The notes beneath the pieces were generated by a model that had not been told where the DNA came from, ran no database searches, and saw only the letters and a list, made by a program, of their open reading frames with translations. Positions 14,226-26,612 of a stretch of DNA of 64,000 nt are shown piece after piece. How positions within the stretch are numbered: position 1 is the first letter of the stretch; each line of letters begins with the position of its first letter. This DNA is from Takakia lepidozioides (taxonomy: Eukaryota > Plantae > Bryophyta), in contig CM060732.1 in the NCBI GenBank assembly GCA_030704615.1, forward strand, positions 19,654,001 to 19,718,000, given 5' to 3'. A program made the position numbers and the translations under genes.

Positions 14226-14780
14226 TGTCACCCCTCTGTATTGTGTAACTCCTCTTACTCCATTTTAAACTTAGCCAAATTTGGACTTAATCAAATTTCG
14301 AGACCAAGTGTGAGTTACACCGATTGGAGTTACACTTCCACTACACTTCTTGCCATGTAACACAGTGTAACTCCAGGTGACTTCTATGGTTCATGTCACC
14401 CCTTTGTATTTGTGTAACTCCTCTTACTCCATTTTAAACTTAGCCAAACTTGGACTTAATCAAATTTCGAGACCAAGTGTGAGTTGCACCGAGTGGAGTT
14501 ACATTTCCACTACATTTCTTGCCATGTAACACAGTGTAACTCCCTGTGACTTGTATGGTTCATGTCACCCCTTTGTATTTGTGTAACTCCTCTTACTCCA
14601 TTTTAAACTTAGCCAAATTTGGACTTAATCAAATTTCGAGACCAAGTGTGAGTTACACCGAGTGGAGTTACACTTCTCGCCATGTAACACAGTGGGGAGT
14701 TACACTCCCCACCGTGTAACCCCGACTGGAGTTTACACCCCATCTCTGTAAATATGTCACCCAACTGAAGTTATACTCCA
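14226..14780. repeat. ~169-bp tandem repeat (x3) containing inverted GTGTAACTCC/GGAGTTACAC motifs
   Basis: tgtcacccct..gtat(t)tgtgtaactcctcttactcc starts at ~14226, ~14394 and ~14563; further motif copies run to ~14780. Confidence 0.85.
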
Positions 14781-15658
14781 TTCAATTCTATGTCACTATC
14801 AAAGAAAGTGGTGAAGATTCAATGTTCCGTCTTGTCAAAGATCACACGGGTGCATTAACTTCATACATTATCCATATGGTTCTCCATTTTATGCGTTGTT
14901 TCGCCTCTTTGCATTAATAGCATTTTTGGGAGTATTAACGGTGTTGATATTGACTTCATTTTCAATATGGTTTGATTTGATTTGATTGATGTGTAATTAT
15001 AATATATCAGTTATAACTCTACATTATTAACTGTCCAAAACATAGACAAGAGACAAAAATTCAATATTAAGAGTTTTGACATTTAAAGCTATTAAAATTA
15101 TCATATTTATATGTAATATCATAAAGTATTAGTAAATTGAAACGTGCTTACCACGGAATCAAAGTAATATTTGGAAGTGCTATTGCATTTACATTGAATA
15201 TGTGAAGAAACGACAGAAAGAGAGAAATAAATAAATAAATACTCGAGCAGATTTGACAAAAACTGATAGTCATAATTCAGTTTTTTTTTGTTTTTTGTTT
15301 TTTGTTTTTTTCTCCGTGCAATCAGGAATGTACGTTGATGATGTGGCCTCCAAAACGTGGCGATGATGACATGGCATCATATTCCTACTCTACACTAAAA
15401 CTAGTCTGCGACCTTCGGTCTTCAGTAGAATAATACAGACCAGAGCCCACAGGGCAGCAATAAGGGGGTGGAGATTTGACAGCGGGCCCTTGTGAGGGTC
15501 GGCCACTCCTACAGGGACCGTAACGGCAAGGTTCCACGCTTGCATTCAACTCGTTGGGTAACCGTAGTTTTCTCCCCTACATTGACTTTTTTTTTAAAAA
15601 TCAATTAAGAATTATATCCACAAGTGTGGATCATGGTATCTATAGGTCAGGTTTCAAC

Positions 15659-16018
15659 CAGTGTGGTACTGGTATGTGCCAATTGACCTGGGTATGTGCC
15701 CGGGTCTGAGTAAAGGTATGCATATACTCGGCTGTATGTAGAACTTAGGGTTTAGGGAAAATCATGACCTAACCACTTGCAAACCATACCAGTCACAATA
15801 TCATATTGTGATATGGCTGCAATGTTGCGATTGAGACCAATGCTGAGGGGCGAGCAATTGAAGATTGGAGGGGTAGGCATGATGACGTTATGACCAGTGT
15901 TATACTCGTATGTGCTAGTCGGCCGGGGTATGTAAGGTATAGGTAAAGGTCTTAGAGGTCCATTAGGCATATCAGGACCAGTCTGGTATGCCAAAATGGA
16001 CATATCAATACAACATTG
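15659..16018. mobile_element. hAT-like MITE (360 bp)
   Basis: Imperfect TIRs cagtgtggtactggtatg / catatcaatacaacattg (14/18) and 8-bp TSD gtttcaac/gtatcaac (7/8). Confidence 0.65.
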
Positions 16019-16572
16019 GTATCAACCCAAATATTAATAGATTTAGACCATGAGTATTAGATTTTAGTAACTAGCAATTATAGACAACCGCCAGATATAT
16101 AAAAATAAATATCAAAGCAATAGCATTTCAAATGGGAAAGGCCCTAGAAGATAGTGTACTTTGTCTCCCTCTTTAGTCTCTTCAATGGTTTACCAGTTCC
16201 TCCTGGATGGATGATTCTACTAGTGTTAGAATGTATAGCCTTTAAAAGTGTGCTACCTGAGTGGATTTGAATTTTGAAAGATATACAACCAAGCATGCAC
16301 ATATGCTTGTACCATTCTCTCCGTGATGTTGTGCAAAGGTCTAACAAGCCATTACAAACATGTCTGCGGTGAAACGATTACTCATTCGACTTGAGTATAG
16401 GGTTTCTTTTTGGAGAATTTGGAAGTCATTCGTGTGATTTGCAGCTATTTTCTTCCTCTTGCTTGCCATTTCTGTCTGTTGCAGTCCATTTGTTGCTTTC
16501 ACATTCCAGCAACCTTTGCTCTGCTGGAGGATTCTTCAGGAGGAGGGTAGTGGATTTGGAGTGGGCGCCGAT

Positions 16573-18049
16573 ATGGTGAAACAATCCTCCAATGAAACGT
16601 ACGACTTTGATGAGTGGGAAAATCTCATATGCGAGGCTCACTCAGAGGCAAGGGTTGAACAGCCCGGTGATGATAATAGGAAGCCATTCAAGTGTATCCA
16701 CTATCTTAAGCAATATAAAGATAAGAAGAAACTTAACATTCACAGGATAAATGGCTGTGAAGTTGCTGTGGGAAAGGGTGGGCCTAAACTGAAAATGTAC
16801 CCTGTTTTTGAAAAAGGGCAGAGGCACATCATGGAGGTTGTTCTTAGTAAGCAAGGGATAAAGCCTCATTCCTGCAAGTTGATGAAGACGAGGGTAGAAC
16901 GCGAGGAGATGACGGCAGAAGAGACTACACGAGAACCTAAGCGCAAGAAGCACACGAGTCTTCGGAAGGAGCCGGGAGTGGACCTTGACGATGACGATGA
17001 CGATTTCCAGTTGTTGGACGCACCTCCTGCTCTGCCACAACAAACTGTTAGACCTCAGCGCATTCCAAAGGACTCATTGGACGCACCTCTGCCATCACAG
17101 GAAAGTCTTCCATCTGAGCGCATTGTCAAGTCCACGTTTGAGGACCTCCTGCCGTGCCGCAACAAAGTCTTCGACCCGAAGTGCACGTTGGAGTTGCATC
17201 TTTAGGTAGACAAGAGGGCAGACCTCCAGTGCACATTCTGAAGTCCACACCCCATGCACTGCTAAGTAGAGAAGAGGCCAGGGAAGGCTTTGTCAAGGCG
17301 TCCTTGCTACTGACCTCGGATATTGTTGTGCCTCCCATACCCGCACCTGTTTCATGCCCAGGACTGACCTATCTGATGAAGTTCGACTTGTTGCCCGACG
17401 GATTTCCATCTCTGGACGAGCCTTCTTTTCTCAATCGTCTTGTGGCTCTTATTGGGAAATTTGAGTTCGGGGACCAAATGATGGGCAACGCTTTTGGTCA
17501 AAGGTGGCTTAAACGACGGGTAACACACCTTCTTCTTGGCCTGCACCTTCATGGTCACAACTCCTTCTTTGATGATGCGTGTCTTTGCGTTTTGTTTGCA
17601 GTTGTCTTTCAAGTTTAGGGTTTTTGGTTAGTCTTCCTCTATTACTGACCAGCTCCATGACTTTGCAATGGCGGGGGAGCAGTTTGATGCACCTCCAGAG
17701 GAGAAGACAGTTGTGGAAAATGTGGTGGCAGCTATTTGCCATACGTCCTGGAGTAACTCGTGACCATCCCGCTCAGTTGGCGGAATGCCAACTGGTGATG
17801 GCACATCACAAGTATGCCATGGCATTGTTGGATTTCGAAATGAAAGGAGTTGCAGCCCAGTCTGAGTTGGAGGCTCGTAGAAGGCAGTTTGTTGACGACA
17901 ACATGACAAAATGGGATAGAGATTAATATGATGAGAAACAGGAGGGAATCTGGGGTTGGTCCCCTCTGTACCAAATTGTTGCAGCAGGTGAGATCCCTGA
18001 GTTGCCCCTCGATATAGTCACACATCTGAGGATGAATCTGATAGGTTGA
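16573..18049 (+). pseudogene. Degenerate transposon-associated gene with a C2H2/C2HC-like zinc finger
   Basis: KPFKCIH(Y)LKQYKDKKKLNIHRINGC, where the second Cys is plausibly TGT>TAT. Protein-like ORF segments 16573-17205, 17154-~17520 and ~17700-18049 are joined by frameshifts or stops. Confidence 0.5.
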
Positions 18050-18452
18050 TGGTCATTCTTGAGGCTGCTCGCCACCACGCTCCACCTCCAAACATTTCGA
18101 TTTTCAGCAGGGTGTTCCGTTAGGTTTGGATGTCTCACGTTCACAACATGAAACCTATTTCAATTCCCCGAAACTCCATCTTGTTAACTCTGCGAAATCA
18201 TCTTCTCAACACAGAAAGTGGCCAGTGTGCCAACGACGCTACTGCGTGAGCCTGGCGTGTGAGCGCGTGAGTGTACGCTCACACAATGGTGATGTGGCGT
18301 GAGCCTACGCTCACAACGTTGACGTGGCGCTGGTGCTGATGTGGCGTGAGCCCACCCAAGGTTGTGCCACGTCACCACAAAGATGGTGGGCCTATAACCG
18401 TGGGATTTCACCATCTGAAGGTGAGATGGATTAAGGGTTTAGGGCGTCCGCA

Positions 18453-18697
18453 AAGATCAACCTTGTGTTAACACGAGGTTGATTTCAGAGAACTTGAAAT
18501 GAACCTTGTATTAACACGAGGTTGATTTCCTAGAACTGAAATCAACCTTGTGTTAACACGAGGTTGATTTCAGAGAACTTGAAATGAACCTTGTATTAAC
18601 ACGAGGTTGATTTCCTAGAACTGATATCAACCTTGTGTTAACACGAGGTTGATTTGAAGTTCTCGAAATCAACCTTGTATTAACACGAGGTTGATTT
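18453..18697. repeat. Six copies of a 32-bp near-palindrome AAATCAACCTTGTGTTAACACGAGGTTGATTT, period ~42 bp
   Basis: Directly visible; short non-unique linkers (cagagaacttg, cctagaactg). Confidence 0.9.
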
Positions 18698-18856
18698 CTT
18701 AGAATGTTCATTTGAATGTGACTTGATGTCTTCGCAAATGAATAAATGAGTTTGAGGAATGAATGCAACAAATGGTGGACGCACGCACAACACGATTGAT
18801 GACATGACATACACCGACAAACATACGACTTCATTTTATTTTTTATTTTTTATTTC

Positions 18857-19295
18857 TCCCTGGGGGTGATGCAAATCAACCTTGCGTTGACGCAACCTTG
18901 ATTTGAGAAATGAAAGCATCATTTTTTGATTTTTTGATTTTTATTTTTTTCCTCCCTGGGGGGTGATGCAAATCAAGCTTGCATTGACGCAACCTTGATT
19001 TGAGAATGAAAGCATCATTTTTTGAAGATTTGTTTTTTTCTTTCTCCTTGGGGAGTGATGCAAATCAACCTTACGTTGACGCAACCTTGATTTGATAAAT
19101 GAAAACATCATTTTTTGATTTGATTTGATTTTTTTCTCCCTGGGGGGTGATGCAAATCAACCTTGCGTTGATGCAACCTTGATTTGAGAAATGGACGTGT
19201 TTTTTTTTTTTTCCCTTTTCTTTTCTTTTCTGGGAGGGTGATGCAAATCAACCTTGCGTTGATGCAACCTTGATTTGAGGTGAAAGCATTCTTTT
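18857..19295. repeat. Five ~92-97-bp units with related 32-bp core AAATCAACCTTGCGTTGACGCAACCTTGATTT
   Basis: Cores at ~18873, 18970, 19062, 19154 and 19245, separated by T-rich tracts. Confidence 0.9.
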
Positions 19296-19869
19296 TTTAG
19301 GACTGTTTTTTGCATTTTGTATGGTTGCTGGCCCTGTTGTTCTTCGTTTCGTGTCTTGCATTGCAAGTCTTGCCAACCTGTTCTACACCATGTTTTTTCA
19401 TAAACCGCAAAGACGCTTTAGGGATTTCCTGGTGTTTGTCTGGAGAACGTCTATCAATGAAAAGTGGATGTGAATTGGGGGGACGGAACTTCGTTAGAAC
19501 AAACTCATTCTCCTTCTTGTTCATTACGCAACATGACATTGTACTCTCTGAAATATCATGTGCCCGTGGACAAAAATCATCCACAAACCACCCGTGATTT
19601 CTCATCCGACTAAGATTTGGATGAGGGATGAGACTTCTCGGAAATTAATGTTGGCAAATCTGGGGCGTGGTAGTCGCCTACAGTTCCGCGGAAATAGGTG
19701 GCATCCGCGGAATTAGGTCCTACACGTGGGAAACCTTGCTGACGTGGCGTGAGCCTGGCTGGGCTCACAGGCTCACGTAGCTAGGCTCACGCGCAAGCAT
19801 TCCCCTCAGTGTGCCATTACAAATGCGGGTGAGAATTTCCTGGAGATTGGATACTTCCTGTACAGAGGC

Positions 19870-22583
19870 ATGCCCCCATACGAGGAAGCCCGAACCCAGG
19901 TGCGTGAAGGACTTGCAATCCTTCGGGGAGTGCGGAAAGAGGACTGCGAACACATTTTTGAAGATCTGCATGGTTTGATGCGCGAGGTCCGATGCAGGGC
20001 TGTGCGTGACCTCGCCGTTCTGAATTCTATTGCCTTCAGAATATTGTGGTGTGGGAGTATACCAACTGATGGTGCAGGGGGCAAGAAAAAAGCCTTGAAG
20101 GACTTCAATGTCATTTTGAGGCATCGGGAGGATGTCGACATGGGCTGGCTTCCTTGTCCACCAGGTGTGTATTGCCCTTACCACGGATCGTGCTATTGCA
20201 TTTCAGTTCCCGGTGGTTCTTAACAATGTCCCTGGTGTTGTTCTCATTTCATTTCTTGTCACGGCCACATTTTCACAATGCAGATGTTGGTGTGCAGGTT
20301 GTCTTGACTACGGGGAATCCAGCCTACATGACAAACTTGAGGCTGCCCGACAAATCCTCCATGAGGTCCACATTGAGAGGCTCGCAAGGGATGAGGCACG
20401 TTTCTGCAATGCCAAGTGTGGACATAAGGAGGCGGCTGCCCGTGAACCGCAGTCAAGCGCACTCCTGGGTACAAATACGAACATGGGGGCTCTCATTTTG
20501 GCCGCTAACATGGCATGCAATTCCACACCTTATGATGAGACCCACAATGCCGTGGTAGAACATGTGCTGTCGGATCCTGTCCTCCCTCACGCCCAAACGA
20601 TCCTGTCTGCTGAAGAAACTTGTGGCGACATATAGTGCCCACAACCAGGTCCCATGACTCAACTTGAAATGGAACTAAGCGCCACTCAGGTATTTCCTGA
20701 ATTGTGTCGACTGCCTCCCCCTGTGGCCTCTTTCACTTCAGAACAAACCCTCTGTGACATAACTGAGTTCCAAAGTCCACCACCCCTTAATATACGATGT
20801 CCCACTGATGAGGGTGCTATTGTACATGCAGTAAGCACTGTCGGATCTTCCATGACCCCAGCTAACTCAGTGCTTAAACATGGGACAGAGCCTCCCACCC
20901 CCAATGCGATGGTTTTCGCACTGCCTTCGCCCATGCGACCTTACCACATCTTGTTTGATGGTGCTGATACACCTCACAGTACAGAGGCTACTACGCGATT
21001 TCCTGGTGATGTACATGGCAGCGTCCGGGCATTGAATAAAAATGCAACCACTGCCACCTTTGCCAAACCCAAGCCCATCCATACCATGGTTGTTGCCAAG
21101 GCAAAGGATGCGCTGCCCCAACCAGCAGTTGCATTGCAGTGCAACAAAACCATGTCCAGGTATCCAGTGCCATTGTGGTTTTTTTTAATGTTAACGGTCT
21201 CTCCTCTCCAGATTGGAAATGGTGTATGTACGACGTTGCACATGCATTGACATATTGGGCTCCTGGATGTGCAGGATACATGAAGGCCTCAAAAACGTAT
21301 TGTGAGTTGCGACGCCTGTGCACCCTTTTTCATGCATGATATGGTATACCTTCCATCCACAGTTTGCAAGTGGCCCGCATGTGCATAATTATGTGGGCGG
21401 ATTCTCATAGCAATGAGGTATGTGCCTTTTTTGCAAGCGGGCCAGTGGTGCAGTGGTGGCAAAAACACATGACATATGGTTTTTGAAGGGCTCTCGGGTT
21501 TTGCAAGTTCCTCTTAGACTAGAAGATGCAGATGACTTGCTCTCTGCAAGGGGGTAGATCAGTGACCGTCTGATGGACTTCTGGGTGTCCGTTAAAATAC
21601 TTTCTCTTCCTGAACATGTGTGCAATAAAATCCGTGTTGTAGATAGCTTCACATGGATATGCCTTCGCGATCATTGTGCAAAGCAGGCAAATCAAGTCGA
21701 CTCTGTGCGGATTTGGATGCAAAGACGGTTCCCCTTCTTCAGGAGTGAGGGTGTTGAAGCCCTTATTGTGCCAATTTTATGCAAGTGAGTTGTTGCCGTA
21801 CCTTTGAAGAAGGCCGTGCTCCATTGCTACATGTGGACTAACTTGCTGTTGTTGCCCCCCTGTGTAGTGACCATTGGAGTCTGGTTATTTTGGAACCGTC
21901 TTGCTACCTTCACTTGAATAGCATAAGACGTTTGCACAAGCACCGTGCTTTCAAGCCATTGTTTGCTACTTTCTGGGCCATGGTCAGAGGAATCAGCCCA
22001 GAAAGCCCCCAGTGGAAGGATGCGACTGACCTCAAGCGGTGGTTCTGCCCGCCTGTTCCACAACAAGCCAACACATGGCAGTGTGGTCTATTTGTAGCTC
22101 ATTACATTGAGCTGTACTTAGTGCAAACGTACTTGAATCCACAAACTGGTGGCGCAGGCCCGGTAAGAGGCAGCTGGTGGTGGTTTACATGATCATTTAC
22201 CGCCTGTTTTAGTTGTGGATGTTCATGTGCTCGCGCAATGTGCTGAATCCATGTATCAGGTAGAATGAACATGAATATCCTTACGAAAATTGTATGAATT
22301 TCTAACAATGATCATTGCTTGTTCATTGTTTGCTTTTGCATTCTTTGTTCTTCTTTCTTTGCAGCTCACATCAGACTAGTTCCCTACTGAGGCTGTGCGC
22401 GAGAAAAGGTATGAACTTCAAGACATTATTTTGCACGAGCTTGACGGTCACCCATCGCACGAGCCTCCATATGCAGTGCCCAAACCCCCACGCAAAGTTG
22501 GAGATTGCAGCAGCCCTGTCCTCCTGTGGCCACCACTCCAGCTCTCCTCACACGCAGACGGTGTAAACGACCCAGGCAAGTTG
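19870..22583 (+). pseudogene. Multi-exon transposon-borne Ulp1-like (peptidase C48) SUMO-protease gene, degenerate
   Basis: ISDRLMDFW...VVDSFTW...ALIVPILCN|DHWSLVIL...LHLNS...VPQQANTWQCGLFV. Catalytic His codon 21872 and Cys ~22082; intron 21786-21867; in-frame stops (e.g. TAG ~21555, ~20633). Confidence 0.8.
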
Positions 22584-23213
22584 GTAAAGCGTTGTGACAT
22601 TGGATACAATTGGCTACAGAAAGTATTATTTATTAATTGTCTACCTTCCTGCGTTGATTTTTGTGGTCCTTTGCTTCCCACAACTGTGTCTTATTCTTCT
22701 TACAGGCAACACATTTCCGATTGTCAGTGCACGTTCTTTGCTTTGTTTTGCAAGTTCGCTTCAGTCCCTCTTTCCTACCCCCAGTCAGCCCTTCTCTACA
22801 TTGGGGTATGCTATTTCGGGATGTCTCTTCCTTCTCTCTAATGTTTTTGATTCAAGGGCATGCTGTTCCACATGATGGCAGCCAATGGGATCCCCGTTGC
22901 CCCACAATCTTAACACACTCACTTCACAGTGCCACATTATTGTTCCGTTTCCTTGCTTACATGTATTGTGCAGTGACATAATGCCCAATACTGATGAAGA
23001 CTAGGACTAGTATATGTTGAGAAGCACTAGTAAATGGGGTATTTCAATGTAGCTCCCTACATGCAACACATTCCTACATTGCATATACAAGCAAGCCAGG
23101 AACTGCATGTAAAGGAAATTGGTAACACATGCACATACCATTCCATGCAACAATCGTAAATGGGCACAATACACACCCCAGTACAATCAGTCTTCCTCGC
23201 AATCACATGAATG

Positions 23214-24230
23214 TTATTGTGCTGGTGCCAGTGTGGCAATTGGTCTCTCATCAATGATATTTAATATAACTCGTGCCAAGCACCTGTGCTCTACATGCCA
23301 CGAGGTCCAGTGTGTTGCACAATGGTGAATCAACGAAGTGTAGGGTTCTCTATGCGTGCCATTCGGATTTCCATAGTGATACATACACAGAGGGCACCTG
23401 ATATCAGGCTCGGAAATAAACTCCACAACGGCATGATGGGTGTCTATAATGCGCACCAACCGTGATTGCACCAACATACGAAATTCGGGACGTTGTGGTC
23501 CATACATTTCCATGTCTATGGCACAATGTTTGAACACATGGGCCTCTCCATCCCCCATCTCTCTTTGCCGTTGTCTTTCATTCAAACACATGAAAGGATT
23601 GAATATGGTGATGTTTCCCCTCGTCGTATACTTGCTCTCCTCCATCTTCACTGAAGCCTGTGCCTTTCTCTACAACAATGGTGCCCGTCAACCAAAAAAA
23701 CAATAACTGTTCAAATGTCCTTTCATACTTCGGCCCCAATTTGTACCTATCCCTATCTCCCAAGGAATATACACTTCTTCTACTTCATCCACTTATGTGT
23801 TCTGATTTCAGGGTGCACAAATGCAAGCCTGCCTTGCCAACATCATGGGAGCTGCAAAATCATTCCTTCTGAATTTACATACTTCCCATGTGACCTGTAT
23901 GTAGAAGGGTAAGTGACACATAAGAAACGTCCCTTCCCTTCTGCTAATTGCTTTAGGCCAATTGAATGTAATCGGAAAGGTATCACCCCAGGTAAGGAAG
24001 ATTACGAAAGCAAACAATATTATGCATAAATGCCTATTGGTTTCATATGCATTTAATTAAATCTCAGCAAGTTCTGTGTGAACATATGGATGACTCTGGG
24101 TTGAAGGGTGCCTTTACCAACTGTCAGGTACCCTTCATAATTGAATTTCACTTCACCCACAGCCCTCTTGAAGCTGGGGGACAAACACATGCAATGGGGG
24201 CACACCATGTTTGCTTCAACAGCATTTGTT
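23214..24230 (-). pseudogene. Degenerate gene with two zf-XS-like (SGS3-type) zinc fingers flanking a possible XS-like segment
   Basis: CPLC...LIHHCATHWTSWHVEHRCLARVI (23396-23265) has the same H-x2-T-x8-HR-x-LA-x-V spacing as the SGS3 finger. A second, frameshifted finger VCPHC...RHPSTQSHPYVHTELAEI lies at ~24205-24060. Confidence 0.55.
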
Positions 24231-24339
24231 CAGATCTTCAGCATGGAACATGCACCTTTGCATGCAACCCCTTATGCACTTCTAGTGCAAACGAGGCGTA
24301 CTGAACGACCAACACTAGAAGAAAAACGCGGAATAAGCA

Positions 24340-25150
24340 CTATGTTAACCACTCATTTTGAGTAGTAAAAGACACTAAACCACTCTGGCCCCAGAGTGAT
24401 GAAGAACCAGTGCATTAGGACAAGTGAGTGGTAAAAGACATTACGTGGCACCGGTGGTTAAGGACAGTGGTTCGAACCACTCACGTCCGGGTCCACCTGT
24501 TAGCTGACGTGTCACTGAGGTAAACCAACCACTTATGACGTGTCACAATGGTAAACTGACGTGTCATAGTGGTAAAGTAACCACTTCCGTTTTGTAGTGG
24601 AGACGTGTAAGCCGGTGGTCCGTGGATGATATTGGAGATTATGTCGACACGTGGCGACACTCTCAGCATGGACACGTATCGTGTGTCAGTGCTACGAAAT
24701 GGATGGAGTGAAAAATTCAATGACTTCCGAAACCACTTGTTGAGTGACCACAAAATGACTCATAGAGTCATTCTATGAAAACTGAGAATATACAATATCA
24801 CTCACAAAGTGGTTATGTGAGTGGATGACGTCTCTCAGCAGGTCATTGGAATGATTACCCACAGAGTGGTGTGTAAGCTATTTGAGTCATTCATGGTGTC
24901 TCTCTGAGTGGGAACTATGGATTGGAGTCATTACTAACAGAGTGGTGTGTAAGTGATTAGGAATACCACTGGAGGAATTCATACCACTAGTACAGTAATA
25001 TATATGTGACTACTTATACCACTACACAAGTGGTAATGTAAGCAATTGTGTGCATTTGGCTACTCCTACAGTTTTAAATTATACCACTATAACAGTGATG
25101 TGCAAGTGATTATGAACATGACTAGAGGAACACATACCACTAGTGTAGTG
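24340..25150. repeat. Loose array of AACCACT/AGTGGT and GACGTGTCA motifs, with CACTA-terminus-like TTTTGTAGTG (24590-24599) and TGTAGTG (25144-25150)
   Basis: Motifs recur in both orientations, as in CACTA subterminal regions; the partner end was not identified. Confidence 0.5.
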
Positions 25151-26612
25151 TTTAAAGAAATACCATTGGGGATTCAAGCTCCACAAAATAGAATAGAATC
25201 CCAGAGAGTTAAGTGCTGGAATACTGTCAACAAAATCCAGCCATGATAAAAGCACTAAGCCTAACTTGTACACGGCGTCTCCGCATGCATGCTAGGAATA
25301 CTGAACTGCTTTCATGCCTTCTTCTCACTGCCAGCAATGTCTATGCCCGGGCAAACGAAATCTAAGCCCTCTTCATGTTCTTCTCTGGCCAAAGACAATT
25401 CAGACCAACGACATCCTCCAACATTGTTTGCGGTGGGACCTCTTCCTCGTTAGGGTGAGGCAAGACACAATTGGCAATATAGATATCATTCACCTCAACC
25501 CGCCACAATCCCTCAGGTATAACACGGTAGTGATATGTTCCTGTGTCGTGGTAAATGAGGATCATACAGGCTGATTTTGTCCTTCAACTTAAACTGCACA
25601 CAGCATCTACCATAAAACCCACATTAATCAACCTATGGAGACATACATGTACATTGAAAACTAGATAATGAGGACCGCCCAGTATAAGCAATCACTGAAA
25701 GTGTAGAGTACTTTTGGTAGCATAAGAATATTTGCCACTGTGGCAGGGGTTGATATTTGGGGGTTGCCTTTGAAGGCGCCGCAGTTGGTGCACTGTCAGT
25801 GGCAGTATCAAGAGCGGCTTTCTCAGCCTGCAAACATCATGCCCAACACCCCTTAGCAGTTTCATTTAGCAATGCATCTACTAATAGTTTGAAGTACCCA
25901 ACATGTAAATGGCCACATTGTACAGAACTGATAGCCAACAGGTGCATGCATGCTCACCTCTAGTACGGAAACTGCTGCATGGAGAGGTGCCTCCTGAAGG
26001 CCCACCTGACTCTTACTCCCGTTAGAACTTGGTGTTATGTCACCATTTGCATCAGTCAAGGACTTTGTGCCTTTGGCAGCAGTAGCTCTGGTTACACGCT
26101 CTCCTTTTCGCATGTACTTCTTCTTAGCTCCCTTCACGATGGCTGGGGTAGGGTCCTCTGCTTTAGTCCCCTTCTACATGCCAACAAAACAACAAGGTAT
26201 AGTACATGAGTACGTCTTACCATACCTGATGCATAGAATTCATGGCACACACCAATAAATAGATCATTCATGAAATGTTTTCGGAGTCAAAAACAGAAAG
26301 CCCAAGGACGGGAACCAATATAAAGTCTTTGAGGGCGTACCTCTTTATGTGGGGAAGTTGGCTTCACATGCTGATCTACCAACCCCCTACTGTCACCCTT
26401 ACCAGCACTCTCGGTGGAGCAGACGTCCTCACCAGCAGCCAATATTGCTGTTCCGCCAGCTCCACCTCCCTTCTTACATGGCAATTTATCAGGAATTCCC
26501 TTGCGCCCCAATTTTACTTGGGTCACCACAAGGTCCTCAATGGCAGACGACTTTGGCTTTTCCCCAACCTCAAGAGGTTCTCCCTGCACCCTTTCTCATC
26601 ACAGACATTCAG

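Noticed and set aside
13660-15410. Helitron termini (CTAG near 13697, TCTACAC near 15389)
   Set aside because: The hairpin and orientation are not consistent enough to call.
15745-15757. Interstitial telomeric repeat
   Set aside because: Only two TTTAGGG-like units, inside a MITE.
18453-19295. CRISPR-like array of 32-bp palindromic repeats
   Set aside because: Spacers are short or mutually similar rather than unique, there are no cas genes, and the context is eukaryotic.
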